A DNA stretch of 24,000 nucleotides from Methanospirillum sp. (GCA_035561295.1 DATMXW010000029.1:12669-36668), one strand, 5' to 3'. Counted from the stretch's first letter, positions 1 through 8,082 are shown. Program-made: numbers and translations. The notes: generated from the sequence alone by a model not told the origin.

Positions 1-422
1 ATATTGCCCTGATCCCAACGGACACTGGATCCAAAAGACATACAGAAGCTTCTCTTGTTGTTGGTGGCCACATTCTCGCAAAGGTGCGTCTTCTTCCTGG
101 TCAGAATGGTGGAGGACTGATGACCGGGATTGGCCAGGGAGTGATTGATGCCGCGTATGTAGGATCAGTCCCTGCTCAATATCAGATAGATCTGGGCAAT
201 CCGGCATGTATCGTCCAACCAATTCATACTGGTGGATCTGCAATCGTGGTGGGGACGAAGGCTCCTTGTAATGACTGGAGATCATGTATCCTATGGGCAC
301 AGAAGCGTTCAGCTGAGGGAAATCCGCTCGTCATTGCTACGGTACAGACATCAATTCAGGAGAAGATGCTCAGGGGTGCATGTAAAGCAGAAGGAGTTGA
401 AGTAAGACTATTAGAGATATAG
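1..422 (+). CDS. ABC transporter substrate-binding protein, NitT/TauT (SsuA/NMT1-like) family; 5' end lies outside the window
   Basis: Frame 3 is open from nt 3 to the TAG at 420-422, so the GTG at 84 in the ORF track is not the true start. The segment ...GIGQGVIDAAYVGSVPAQYQ... resembles SsuA-type binding proteins. The cognate permease and ATPase follow directly, with an AGGAG RBS at 421-425. Confidence 0.5.
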   Translation, partial: IALIPTDTGSKRHTEASLVVGGHILAKVRLLPGQNGGGLMTGIGQGVIDAAYVGSVPAQYQIDLGNPACIVQPIHTGGSAIVVGTKAPCNDWRSCILWAQKRSAEGNPLVIATVQTSIQEKMLRGACKAEGVEVRLLEI

Positions 423-432
423 GAGACATATT

Positions 433-1194
433 ATGGCCCATTATAAACCGGTGATACTTCCTGCCCTGCTTCTTCTGCTCTGGGCAATCCTGGCTATACT
501 CATCAACAACCCGTTCATCCTTCCCCGACCTGAAGCTGTCATGCTCATTCTTGCAAGCCCGGGAACCGGCCTTGTTGGATCAGAATCATTACTGACTCAT
601 GCATCAGTAAGTCTCATCAGGGTTGGAACCGGATTTCTTCTGGCTGCGCTGCTTGCCATTCCGACCGGAATCATAATAGGGAGATCTGCTGCCCTCTATG
701 ATCTCTGCAACCCGCTGATTCAGATACTCCGCCCGGTTCCTCCGATAGCCTGGATGCCCCTGGTTATCGGGTGGTTCAGAATCGGAGCCTCATCGATGAT
801 ATGTATCATCTTCATCGGAGCGTTTTTTCCGGTGCTGATCAATGTAATTGACGGAGTACATGCAGTCAGATCCTCCTGGCTCGAAGTAGCACGGAGCCTG
901 GGGGCAACCCATGGGGAGATCCTGCGATCCGTTGTCCTCCCGGCAGCAATGCCCGGAGTCTGGACCGGCATGCGGGTTGCATTCGGGGTGGCCTGGATGT
1001 GTGTTGTTGCCGCTGAGATGCTTCCCGGGACAACGGCGGGTCTTGGATATCTTATCATGTATGCATATAATCTGGGGCAGATCCAGATCATCATCGCAGG
1101 GATCATTGTGATTGGTATAATCGGACTCTGTATTGATACAATTTTTAGAATCATCGGGGATCGATGGTTTGGCTGGAGGGCATCTGAACGATAG
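433..1194 (+). CDS. ABC transporter permease (NitT/TauT family, SsuC/TauC-like)
   Basis: 253 aa with about 6 hydrophobic helices. The EAA-like loop region ...EVARSLGATHGEILRSVVLPAAMPGVWTGMRVAFGVAW... is typical of BPD_transp_1 permeases. AGGAG RBS 8 nt upstream. Sits between a binding protein and an ATPase. Confidence 0.85.
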   Translation: MAHYKPVILPALLLLLWAILAILINNPFILPRPEAVMLILASPGTGLVGSESLLTHASVSLIRVGTGFLLAALLAIPTGIIIGRSAALYDLCNPLIQILRPVPPIAWMPLVIGWFRIGASSMICIIFIGAFFPVLINVIDGVHAVRSSWLEVARSLGATHGEILRSVVLPAAMPGVWTGMRVAFGVAWMCVVAAEMLPGTTAGLGYLIMYAYNLGQIQIIIAGIIVIGIIGLCIDTIFRIIGDRWFGWRASER

Positions 1195-1202
1195 GAGGAG
1201 AG

Positions 1203-1994
1203 ATGCTGACGATAACAGACCTGGGTATGAAATTTCGAGGAGAGAACAACTCAATAGTCCAGGCTATCTCCGGAGTGACGCTGACCATTCCAGATGGACA
1301 ATTTGTTTGTATTCTTGGGCCTTCGGGATGCGGGAAGAGTACGATGCTTCGGATTATCGCCGGACTTCAACTCGGATATGACGGAATAATCGAGCATGAT
1401 GGATCCGTAAGCGGGTGGAATACCGCAATGGTCTTTCAGGAGCATGCCCTCTTTCCCTGGTTAAATGTGGAGAAGAACGTAGCATATGGGCTTAATCTTT
1501 CAGTTAGAAGAACAAAGAATCCCGGTGATCAGAAAGCCAGGGTACAGAAGTACCTAAGTCTGTGCAGAATGGACAATTCCGGAGGATCATTTCCGCACCA
1601 ACTCTCAGGAGGGATGTGCCAAAGGGTTGCACTTGCACGGGCCCTGGTAATAGAACCAGATGTTCTCCTGATGGATGAGCCATTTGGGGCCCTGGATCCC
1701 CAGACCAGAACCCAGCTTCAACAGGAAGTACTCACCATCCATAAGACAACCAAAAAGACAATCCTCCTGGTAACCCACAGTGTAGAAGAGGCGGTACTAC
1801 TTGCTGATCGGATCATTCTGCTCAGTGGGAGCCCGGCAGGTGTCAGGACAGATATATCAATGCCTCACTCCCATCCCCGGGATCCAGAGGATCCTGATAT
1901 CATTGCACTGAGAAAGCAGGTAACTACCATCCTGACCGATACACCAGGAGATGGTGAAACGTCAGATATGAAAAAAAGTGTGCTGATGAAGTGA
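1203..1994 (+). CDS. ABC transporter ATP-binding protein
   Basis: Walker A GPSGCGKST, ABC signature LSGGMCQRVALARAL, Walker B LLMDEPFGALD and H-loop LVTHS. GGAGG RBS at 1193-1197. Confidence 0.92.
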   Translation: MLTITDLGMKFRGENNSIVQAISGVTLTIPDGQFVCILGPSGCGKSTMLRIIAGLQLGYDGIIEHDGSVSGWNTAMVFQEHALFPWLNVEKNVAYGLNLSVRRTKNPGDQKARVQKYLSLCRMDNSGGSFPHQLSGGMCQRVALARALVIEPDVLLMDEPFGALDPQTRTQLQQEVLTIHKTTKKTILLVTHSVEEAVLLADRIILLSGSPAGVRTDISMPHSHPRDPEDPDIIALRKQVTTILTDTPGDGETSDMKKSVLMK

Positions 1995-2038
1995 TGCATC
2001 CCTAGTAGCATCACCTGATAGTACATTTCGTACCTGGA

Positions 2039-2536
2039 TTATGGCCCGTTCTCGAACTTCACAGCACCACTGGTGACGATAGTATCTGGCCTGTAAAATC
2101 CATCATAATACGTATGAGTGCGGTCGACGACATACACTTCAAAGGTAACACTGATGGGTTTGCCATCCGGACCATTCACCCGGGCACCATTCACATCAAT
2201 CACGTCAAACGAGATAAAATATGTACCCTGCCGTGTTGCACCGTTCACCGTGATTGGGATTCTCTGTTTCATCCCCCATCCCCTGACCAGGATCTTTGGA
2301 TCTACTGTGAAAAGTGTTCCGAAGTCTGATTGAGTTGCAGGTACGAAATAGACTCCACCCTGCACCCTTGCGGCATCGACAAGTTTTGTCGTCGCATCAT
2401 CAAACTTGAAGGTAATTACATTAGAGACGCTTTTACCTGGGACTGAAGAGAGGGTTTCAACAGCAGAAACCGATGAACATGACAGCCACAGAGCAAGAAT
2501 TAATACCACACACAGTGGCCAAAGCACTCGGGTCAT
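2039..2536 (-). CDS. small secreted beta-rich protein, divergent paralog of 2691-3224 and 3607-4140 (function unknown)
   Basis: I used the internal ATG at 2534-2536. It gives MTRVLWPLCVVLILALWLSCSSVSA (signal peptide) and aligns end to end with the two neighbouring paralogs. Shared blocks: VPGK, DAARV.G..YFVP.TQS, GMKQ..P.TV, GTY...F.V.D..GA.V, DRTHT..DGFYRPDTIVT. Confidence 0.7.
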   Translation of the reverse strand: MTRVLWPLCVVLILALWLSCSSVSAVETLSSVPGKSVSNVITFKFDDATTKLVDAARVQGGVYFVPATQSDFGTLFTVDPKILVRGWGMKQRIPITVNGATRQGTYFISFDVIDVNGARVNGPDGKPISVTFEVYVVDRTHTYYDGFYRPDTIVTSGAVKFENGP

Positions 2537-2554
2537 AAAAGAGTAATATACATG

Positions 2555-2566
2555 AAAGCATTTAAG
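2555..2566 (-). promoter_or_regulatory. archaeal TATA-box-like element (minus strand CTTAAATGCTTT) 19-30 nt upstream of the ATG at 2536
   Basis: The same motif sits at the same spacing upstream of all three paralogs (see 3243-3254 and 4159-4172). The spacing implies a leaderless or very short-leader mRNA. Confidence 0.4.
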
Positions 2567-2645
2567 CGTATTGTTTTTTATCAGGGATAAAATCGATTCA
2601 GAGTTGACTGGTATGACAAGGAAATTATTAGAACTACCCAGTGAT

Positions 2646-2684
2646 AAAAAAACGCGATCCCTTAACTTAAATTTTAGAAAAAAA
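2646..2684 (-). terminator. oligo-T terminator candidates (two T7 runs on the minus strand) downstream of gene 2691-3224
   Basis: Plus-strand A7 runs at 2646-2652 and 2678-2684. The nearer one lies 7 nt past the stop codon (2691-2693). Archaeal termination typically uses oligo-T tracts. Confidence 0.35.
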
Positions 2685-2690
2685 GGATAG

Positions 2691-3224
2691 TTAGGTGGAA
2701 CCCGATGTCGGCACAGGATCTGGTTGCTTAATGATAGCGTATTGCACATTTCCATCATCAGTAACGATAGTGTCAGGGCGATAGAATCCATCACTTCCCG
2801 TGTGAGTCCGGTCTATGACGACTATTTCAATAGTAACCGTGATCGGGTTACCATTCGCATCTTTTACCGGGGCTCCGGTTGCATCAACAACATTGAAGGT
2901 AAGAGAATATGTCCCGGGAGGAGTTCCACTCTTCACGGTGACAGGGAAAGTCTGCTTCATCCCACCACCGCTTACCAGGGTCTGGGGATTTGAGGAAAAA
3001 AACTCATCCGTTCCTGATTGAGTAACAGGGACAAAATACAGGGCACCATTTACTCTGGCAGCATCAATCGCATTTGCGTTTGCAGCATTAAACCTGAACT
3101 CAATGGTGTTCTGAATATTTTTCCCGGGTACTGTCCATACTGTATCGGCTGATACCATCAGAGACAATGACAGGATCAGGGTTACAATCATTACCACAGA
3201 GAGTGGCATTGAGATTCGTGTCAT
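2691..3224 (-). CDS. small secreted beta-rich protein (177 aa), recent tandem duplicate of 3607-4140
   Basis: Signal peptide MTRISMPLSVVMIVTLILSLSLMVSA|DTV. It differs from the 3607-4140 product at only a handful of residues. Confidence 0.8.
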   Translation of the reverse strand: MTRISMPLSVVMIVTLILSLSLMVSADTVWTVPGKNIQNTIEFRFNAANANAIDAARVNGALYFVPVTQSGTDEFFSSNPQTLVSGGGMKQTFPVTVKSGTPPGTYSLTFNVVDATGAPVKDANGNPITVTIEIVVIDRTHTGSDGFYRPDTIVTDDGNVQYAIIKQPDPVPTSGST

Positions 3225-3242
3225 GTGAGATAGATATACACT

Positions 3243-3254
3243 AAAGTATTTAAG
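3243..3254 (-). promoter_or_regulatory. archaeal TATA-box-like element (minus strand CTTAAATACTTT) 19-30 nt upstream of the ATG at 3224
   Basis: Conserved core AAAGTATTTA on the plus strand, at the same distance from the start codon as in the paralogs. Confidence 0.4.
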
Positions 3255-3299
3255 ACTGTTGCAGGTCTATTTGAAGACAAATACGATGTAAAACTGATA

Positions 3300-3588
3300 T
3301 CACCCTTATGATCTCTTTGCCTTCCCGATATCACAGAGCGGACTGCATTCAGTACATGAATCCTGCAGGGTTCGACATGGATCATCACCGAAGCCTGGGG
3401 AAATTCGGTCTCGAGATCTGACTCAAGGTGATCAGGCAGATCATGAGATTGTTGAACAGTAATGGTTCCATCATCTACCATGGGGAACTCCATGAAGAGT
3501 TCAGGGCCTGACCAATGGGTACGCAGTCCATGATAATAATATAATCAGAGCCATGATCACAAATTATAGCCCTGATTCTACGTTCTTC
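3300..3588 (-). pseudogene. 3' fragment of a cation diffusion facilitator gene (duplicate of the 3' end of 4213-5166), frameshifted and lacking the whole transmembrane part
   Basis: Translates to EERRIRAIICDHGSDY, then a 1-nt deletion relative to the intact copy (gattatattattatcatgg versus gattatatgaattttcatgg), then HGLRTHWSGPELFMEFPMVDDGTITVQQSHDLPDHLESDLETEFPQASVMIHVEPC. This parallels the intact CDF C-terminus. The original stop codon is lost, and no upstream CDF sequence is present. Confidence 0.8.
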
Positions 3589-3590
3589 TG

Positions 3591-3606
3591 AAAAAGAAAG
3601 GGAAAA
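3591..3606 (-). terminator. T-rich terminator candidate downstream of gene 3607-4140 (minus strand TTTTCCCTTTCTTTTT)
   Basis: Lies immediately after the stop codon at 3607-3609. It forms the junction between the two duplication copies. Confidence 0.35.
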
Positions 3607-4140
3607 TTAGCCTGAACCTAAAGTCGGTACAGGATCTGGTTGCTTAATGATAGCGTATTGCACATTTCCATCATTAGTAACGATAGTATCAGGGCGATAG
3701 AATCCATCACTTCCCGTGTGAGTCCGATCGACGACCACTATTTCAATAGTAACCGTAATCGGGTTACCATTCGCATCTTTTACCGGGGCCCCGGTTGCAT
3801 CAACAACATTGAACGTTAGAGAGTATGTCCCGGGAGGAGTTCCACTCTTCACGGTGACCGGGAGAGTCTGCTTCATTCCACCACCGCTTACCAGGGTCTG
3901 GGGATTTGAGGAAAAAAACTCATCCGTTCCTGACTGAGTAACGGGGACAAAATACAGGGCACCATTTACTCTGGCAGCATCAATCGCATTTGCATTGGCA
4001 GCATTAAACCTGAACTCAATGGTGTTCTGAATATTTTTTCCCGGTACTGTCCATACTGTATCAGCTGATACCATCAGAGACAATGACAGGATCAGGGTTA
4101 CAACCATTACCACAGAGAGTGGCATTGAGATTCGTGTCAT
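3607..4140 (-). CDS. small secreted beta-rich protein (177 aa), recent tandem duplicate of 2691-3224
   Basis: I used the internal ATG at 4138-4140 (MTRISMPLSVVMVVTL...), by homology with the paralog and because the TATA-like element lies inside the longer ORF-track extension. Confidence 0.8.
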   Translation of the reverse strand: MTRISMPLSVVMVVTLILSLSLMVSADTVWTVPGKNIQNTIEFRFNAANANAIDAARVNGALYFVPVTQSGTDEFFSSNPQTLVSGGGMKQTLPVTVKSGTPPGTYSLTFNVVDATGAPVKDANGNPITVTIEIVVVDRTHTGSDGFYRPDTIVTNDGNVQYAIIKQPDPVPTLGSG

Positions 4141-4158
4141 ATGACATAGTAATTGCCG

Positions 4159-4172
4159 AAAGTATTTATAAT
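4159..4172 (-). promoter_or_regulatory. archaeal TATA-box-like element (minus strand ATTATAAATACTTT) upstream of the ATG at 4140
   Basis: Same core and spacing as the elements at 2555-2566 and 3243-3254. Confidence 0.4.
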
Positions 4173-4212
4173 GTCGTAGGGCTTTCAATGACTAAGATGA
4201 GGAAACGTGATG

Positions 4213-5166
4213 CTACTCTTCTGATCTCTTTGTCTTCCCGATATCACAGAGCGAACTGCACTCTGTACATGAATCCTGGCAGGGCTCGACATGGATCGTA
4301 ACCGAAGCCCTGGGAAATTCGATCTTGAGATCTGACTCAAGGTGATCAGTCAGATCATGAGATTGTTGAACAGTAATGGTTCCATCAACTACCAGGTGGA
4401 ACTCCATGAAGAGTTCAGGACCTGACCGGCGGGTACGCAGTCCATGAAAATTCATATAATCAGAGGCATGCTCACAGATGATCGCTCTGATTCTATGTTC
4501 TTCATCATCAGATAGGCGATGATCGATGATATCATTCCAGGTTTTTGTTGTCAGATCAAAGGCTGCCTTCATGATAACCAGGGCAACACCAATGGCAACA
4601 ATCGAATCAAGAATCATGATACCAGTGAGCCTTATCAGGACAAGGCCAGCAAAGACGCCAAGAGAAGTATAAACGTCAGTACGCAGATGCCAGGCATCGC
4701 TCTCAAGGGCGACAGAATCGGTAGCTTTTGCAACTTTCATCAGGCGGTTTGAAACATATGCATTTACCAGGGCAGAAATTCCCATCACGGCGATACCCCC
4801 GAGCATCAGAGTCGGATCCAGGAGTTCCTCACCGGGTTCAAGAAGTTTGACCACCGCTTCACGGATGATGAGAGCAGCGGCGATAAAGATGAGAATCGCT
4901 TCAACGAGACCTGATATCGATTCATACTTCCCATGCCCAAAGGCATGGTCATCATCTGCAGGTATTGCAGACTTGCGAACAGAGAAGAAGGCGATGATCG
5001 CGGCGATCAGATCCATTCCGGAGTGGATCGCTTCAGAGATGATACTGACCGACCCGAGGGCAAGGCCGACAATCAGTTTCAGGAGGAGGAGGCCCGTATT
5101 GGAGATGACCGAGAGGCGGGCTATTGTGGTCTTTTCATCTGAAGGATTAATAAATTGGGCTGACAT
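4213..5166 (-). CDS. cation diffusion facilitator (CDF) family divalent-metal efflux transporter
   Basis: 317 aa with six TM helices. Metal-site motifs are HSGMD in TM2 (EAIHSGMDLIAA) and HLRTD in TM5 (DAWHLRTDVYTS). The cytoplasmic C-terminal domain (...FHLVVDGTITVQQSHDLTDHLESDL...IHVEPC) is typical of cation-efflux proteins. Confidence 0.9.
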   Translation of the reverse strand: MSAQFINPSDEKTTIARLSVISNTGLLLLKLIVGLALGSVSIISEAIHSGMDLIAAIIAFFSVRKSAIPADDDHAFGHGKYESISGLVEAILIFIAAALIIREAVVKLLEPGEELLDPTLMLGGIAVMGISALVNAYVSNRLMKVAKATDSVALESDAWHLRTDVYTSLGVFAGLVLIRLTGIMILDSIVAIGVALVIMKAAFDLTTKTWNDIIDHRLSDDEEHRIRAIICEHASDYMNFHGLRTRRSGPELFMEFHLVVDGTITVQQSHDLTDHLESDLKIEFPRASVTIHVEPCQDSCTECSSLCDIGKTKRSEE

Positions 5167-5254
5167 GGTACCTGGAGAAATCGAATACCTTCAAGATATG
5201 TAATGAAGCACCATAAGGGTAGTGATCAGGGAAGAATTGATACAATTAATACTC

Positions 5255-7015
5255 TTACGCATGCTCCCCGGCTGCATCATGCGCAGTATTTTTCTCATTT
5301 CGTGATAATCTGAACCCTTCTATGCTTCGATGGAGAAATGCTCTGACTTTTTCAGATTCCACAAATCCGATATCAATCCGGTGAACGATCGCATCAATAC
5401 GCAAAACTCCCTCCAGGATCTCTTTCTGATGAACCGGACCATCCAGTTCAGTCCACCCCATAATCTGCATCAACGGATTTCTAATCTCATCGTTCAGTGC
5501 TGCTAGTTGTGCAATATTTTTATCGATCTGAAGGATGGCATGTTCCTGTTCATCACGCAGACGCATCTCTTCAGTTATATCGCGGGCGATGAGAAATCTG
5601 AGTTGCCGTCCGTCAATGTCAACAAACCTGATATCGGCATCCAGGATTATCGGTTCTGCAGATGCCTCATATCCAATTGACCAAATCTGCCAGAGAAATC
5701 GTTTCCCGGGAGAGTCAGATGATTCCCATAGATCCCCCAGAGAAGTAAAATCGCTATCAAGAATCCTGAACGGGAGATCAGACACGGGAGATCCGATAAG
5801 ATCATCATGGGCAAGCCCGGTCAGCTCGAGAAATCGAGGATTTGCAGTCAAAATACCCTCATCATCACCGATCAGGATCAGTTCAGATGCTGCATTAAAG
5901 AGAGTCTCCCATCTGATGCCAACAGCCTTTCGCTCCTGTTCTGATCTCATCAGCTGAGAGTGTTTATCTTCCAGAGTGCATATGATCCGAGTTGCAGAGC
6001 CAGCAAGAGGGTTCAGTTCAGGGGGGAGATCTCCGGAAAGATACTCAGTCTGATGACCAGTAACTGCAACCCGTTCAAGTCCCTCTCCGATCTCCTTGAT
6101 ATATACAAGAAAGAAACGGCTGAACCCATAATATAATCCAGTTATAAGCAGGACAAGACCACTCATAATGATAACAAGCAGTGCAATTATTAACGTCGAG
6201 CTATATGGCTCTCTGGATGGGATCATTGTATGGACCTGAACAACAGGTCTTCCAAGGATATCCGGAACAATCGTGTCTGTGGCGATCAATCCGAGTTCGT
6301 CATCGAATTTCACAAGAGGCACACTATTGTGTTGATTCAATGAACCGGATGCTGACTGATCTGAAGGGGCCGGATTGAGAGCAATAGGTCCTGGCATGTA
6401 TTGAGCCAGACGGTCAACCGCTGCGTTATCCAATACCTCTATGGCGACTAACGTTCCCTGGGGAGGGCCTGAACCATCATTTTTCAGGATCGGATGGGTG
6501 GCTATGAGATAAATCTGATCTCCTGAAATAAACAACCCCTTGTGAGAGGAGTTCATCGCTGCGGGTCCGATCAGCCCATCAGTCATAAGGTCATGACTGA
6601 TAGTATTCGTGGTGTACAGAATCAGATGATTGTTGGAATCCAATTCAGCCCCACATTTTAGACTACCAGCCAGATCATAAAAATGGATCCCAGATAGGTC
6701 GCCCGTTCCAAAGACCGGTTCATCAATATTATTACTGATAAAATCCGGATTTGTCCCGTTCAGGTACTCCCAGGTCGCGGTCCATATTCCCCACTCAAAT
6801 GCAATTCGTTTAAGTGTGTCTGTCTCTCCTTCAAGAAGAAGAACCAACCGATCAGCACTGTCAAGAGCAGCAGCCTTTTCACTAACCCTGATATTGGATA
6901 ACACCGCAAAATGAGTCAATGCGGTGATCGAGAGCACGATAAAGCCTGTTATGAGAACCGTGATCAGGATGAGCCGGTGCAGGGCAGACAACCGTCGAGG
7001 GATCACGGAGAACAT
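5255..7015 (-). CDS. membrane sensor protein: TM, CHASE4-like extracytoplasmic domain, TM, PAS, then a DHp/HisKA-like helix with a degenerate H-box; no HATPase domain
   Basis: TM1 is LILITVLITGFIVLSITALTHFAVL and TM2 is LIIALLVIIMSGLVLLITGLYYGF. The ectodomain starts with ...LKRIAFEWGIWTATWEYL..., which resembles the CHASE4 consensus. PAS-like region: WETLFNAASELILIGDDEGILTANPRFLELTGL...FLIARDITEEMR. H-box-like ALNDEIRNPL lies at nt 5471-5500. The protein ends about 70 aa later. Confidence 0.75.
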   Translation of the reverse strand: MFSVIPRRLSALHRLILITVLITGFIVLSITALTHFAVLSNIRVSEKAAALDSADRLVLLLEGETDTLKRIAFEWGIWTATWEYLNGTNPDFISNNIDEPVFGTGDLSGIHFYDLAGSLKCGAELDSNNHLILYTTNTISHDLMTDGLIGPAAMNSSHKGLFISGDQIYLIATHPILKNDGSGPPQGTLVAIEVLDNAAVDRLAQYMPGPIALNPAPSDQSASGSLNQHNSVPLVKFDDELGLIATDTIVPDILGRPVVQVHTMIPSREPYSSTLIIALLVIIMSGLVLLITGLYYGFSRFFLVYIKEIGEGLERVAVTGHQTEYLSGDLPPELNPLAGSATRIICTLEDKHSQLMRSEQERKAVGIRWETLFNAASELILIGDDEGILTANPRFLELTGLAHDDLIGSPVSDLPFRILDSDFTSLGDLWESSDSPGKRFLWQIWSIGYEASAEPIILDADIRFVDIDGRQLRFLIARDITEEMRLRDEQEHAILQIDKNIAQLAALNDEIRNPLMQIMGWTELDGPVHQKEILEGVLRIDAIVHRIDIGFVESEKVRAFLHRSIEGFRLSRNEKNTAHDAAGEHA

Positions 7016-7282
7016 ACATCAGAATATGACTCTGACAGGTAAAAAAGAGTATCTTGATATAATCCCTTACCCACATGGGCATAAAAGTTCTCAATACTCT
7101 AAGATCCTGGCCAAATAGATTAATTCGGGATGGTTTATCTCAATCGGAGGGTATTAAACCAAGCCCGCATGACATTCAGGTTTTCGTGCGGAGAGATAAA
7201 ATAGTGAACTTGAAAAGGAGCAGAACTCACCCTGATCCTGGAGATTTTCCCCTGTACCGAAAATTTCAAGAGGATAAAATGC

Positions 7283-7290
7283 TATATAAA
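7283..7290 (+). promoter_or_regulatory. TATA-box-like element (TATATAAA) about 35 nt upstream of the TPR gene start at 7324
   Basis: Sequence gctatataaacc in the 308-bp divergent intergenic region. The spacing fits an archaeal promoter with a short leader. Confidence 0.35.
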
Positions 7291-7323
7291 CCAAGCCGGC
7301 TGCTCTGATCTCAAAGGTGCCAG

Positions 7324-7989
7324 ATGAATCACATGAAAAATTGGTTGTATATTCTGCTGATGCTGATCTTCGTAGTAGTATTAGGGAACATCTACACAGA
7401 GAATTACTCAGGGTATACTCCCGAACCTTGGATAGAGAGCGGAGTGAATCTCTTCAATCAGGGACACTATCAGGAAGCAATCGCGTCTTTTGATCAGGCA
7501 CTGCAAATCGATCCCCACAACACTGTTGTGATGAACCATATAGCGACCGCATATGTCGCCCTCGGGGAATATCAGGCTGCTCTCAACCAGTTTGATGCTA
7601 CCATCCGTGAGGATCAGAATTATACAATAGCCTTGAATGGAAAAGCACTCGTTTACAGTCTTCAGAATAACTACCAGAAAGAGATTGATGCCTTTGATGC
7701 AGTTCTCCAGATAGATCCGAATGATGAATTTGCGCTATCATACCAACCTCTGCCATACCTTGCGCTGGGAAGATATCAGGAGGCATTAGAAGCGTATACC
7801 AGAGTAACCGAACGATATCCAGATAATCCGGTGACCTGGACATACAAGGGAGACACACTATATACCCTTGGCAGATACCAGGAAGCAGTTGCTGCATATG
7901 ACCGGGCACTTCTGATAAGCCCGGAGAGAAATGATACAAACACAAATAGAACCAGAGCAATGGAAAAGCTCGGGAACATTACATATTAG
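7324..7989 (+). CDS. TPR repeat protein with N-terminal membrane anchor or signal sequence
   Basis: N-terminus WLYILLMLIFVVVLGNIY, followed by about 5 TPR units (...GHYQEAIASFDQALQIDPHN..., ...GEYQAALNQFDATIREDQNY..., ...GRYQEALEAYTRVTERYPDNP..., ...GRYQEAVAAYDRALLISPE...). Confidence 0.8.
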   Translation: MNHMKNWLYILLMLIFVVVLGNIYTENYSGYTPEPWIESGVNLFNQGHYQEAIASFDQALQIDPHNTVVMNHIATAYVALGEYQAALNQFDATIREDQNYTIALNGKALVYSLQNNYQKEIDAFDAVLQIDPNDEFALSYQPLPYLALGRYQEALEAYTRVTERYPDNPVTWTYKGDTLYTLGRYQEAVAAYDRALLISPERNDTNTNRTRAMEKLGNITY

Positions 7990-8082
7990 ACCTTTATTGC
8001 AATACCAGCTAAACCGGGAATGAATGCACTCTTGCTGCAGAAGACAAAGAGAAGTAAGCCATTATTCACGTTTCGGTGTACA

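Larger units (their letters stand above)
2691..4503. repeat. tandem segmental duplication, ~0.9 kb unit (copy A 2691-3588, copy B 3607-4503)
   Basis: Direct comparison by eye. The secreted-protein CDS and the ~290 nt matching the CDF 3' end are near-identical between copies, at an offset of about 916 nt. The ~75-nt spacer between them has diverged strongly. Confidence 0.88.

Noticed and set aside
720-1445. Antisense and alternate-frame ORFs (720-1154 -, 790-1254 -, 911-1111 +, 1133-1381 +, 1251-1445 -) overlapping the ABC permease and ATPase genes
   Set aside because: They lie entirely inside strongly supported ABC transporter CDSs. Their translations are low-complexity or Arg/Pro/Ser-rich with no recognisable motifs, which is typical of shadow ORFs.
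2537-2794. N-terminal 86-aa extension of ORF 2039-2794 (-), and similarly 4141-4188 for ORF 3607-4188
   Set aside because: The extensions overlap the neighbouring gene's 3' end or terminator, or the TATA-like element. They have no homology among the paralogs. The internal ATGs (2536, 4140) give signal peptides that align with the 2691-3224 product.
3221-3493. 90-aa ORF as an independent gene
   Set aside because: It is the in-frame remnant of a duplicated CDF C-terminal domain. It lacks the entire membrane domain, has a frameshift just upstream and a lost stop codon, and overlaps the promoter and start of gene 2691-3224. I called it a pseudogene fragment instead.
2691-4503. Mobile element as the cause of the tandem duplication and of the C11/TPR paralogy
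   Set aside because: I could see no transposase, integrase, terminal inverted repeats or target-site duplications. The junction is a simple T-rich terminator sequence, which is more consistent with unequal recombination or replication slippage.
7075-7308. 77-aa ORF in the 308-bp divergent intergenic region between the sensor and TPR genes
   Set aside because: It has no RBS or TATA at a sensible distance and no recognisable motif. It overlaps the TATA-like element of the TPR gene. A small protein or ncRNA cannot be excluded without transcript data.
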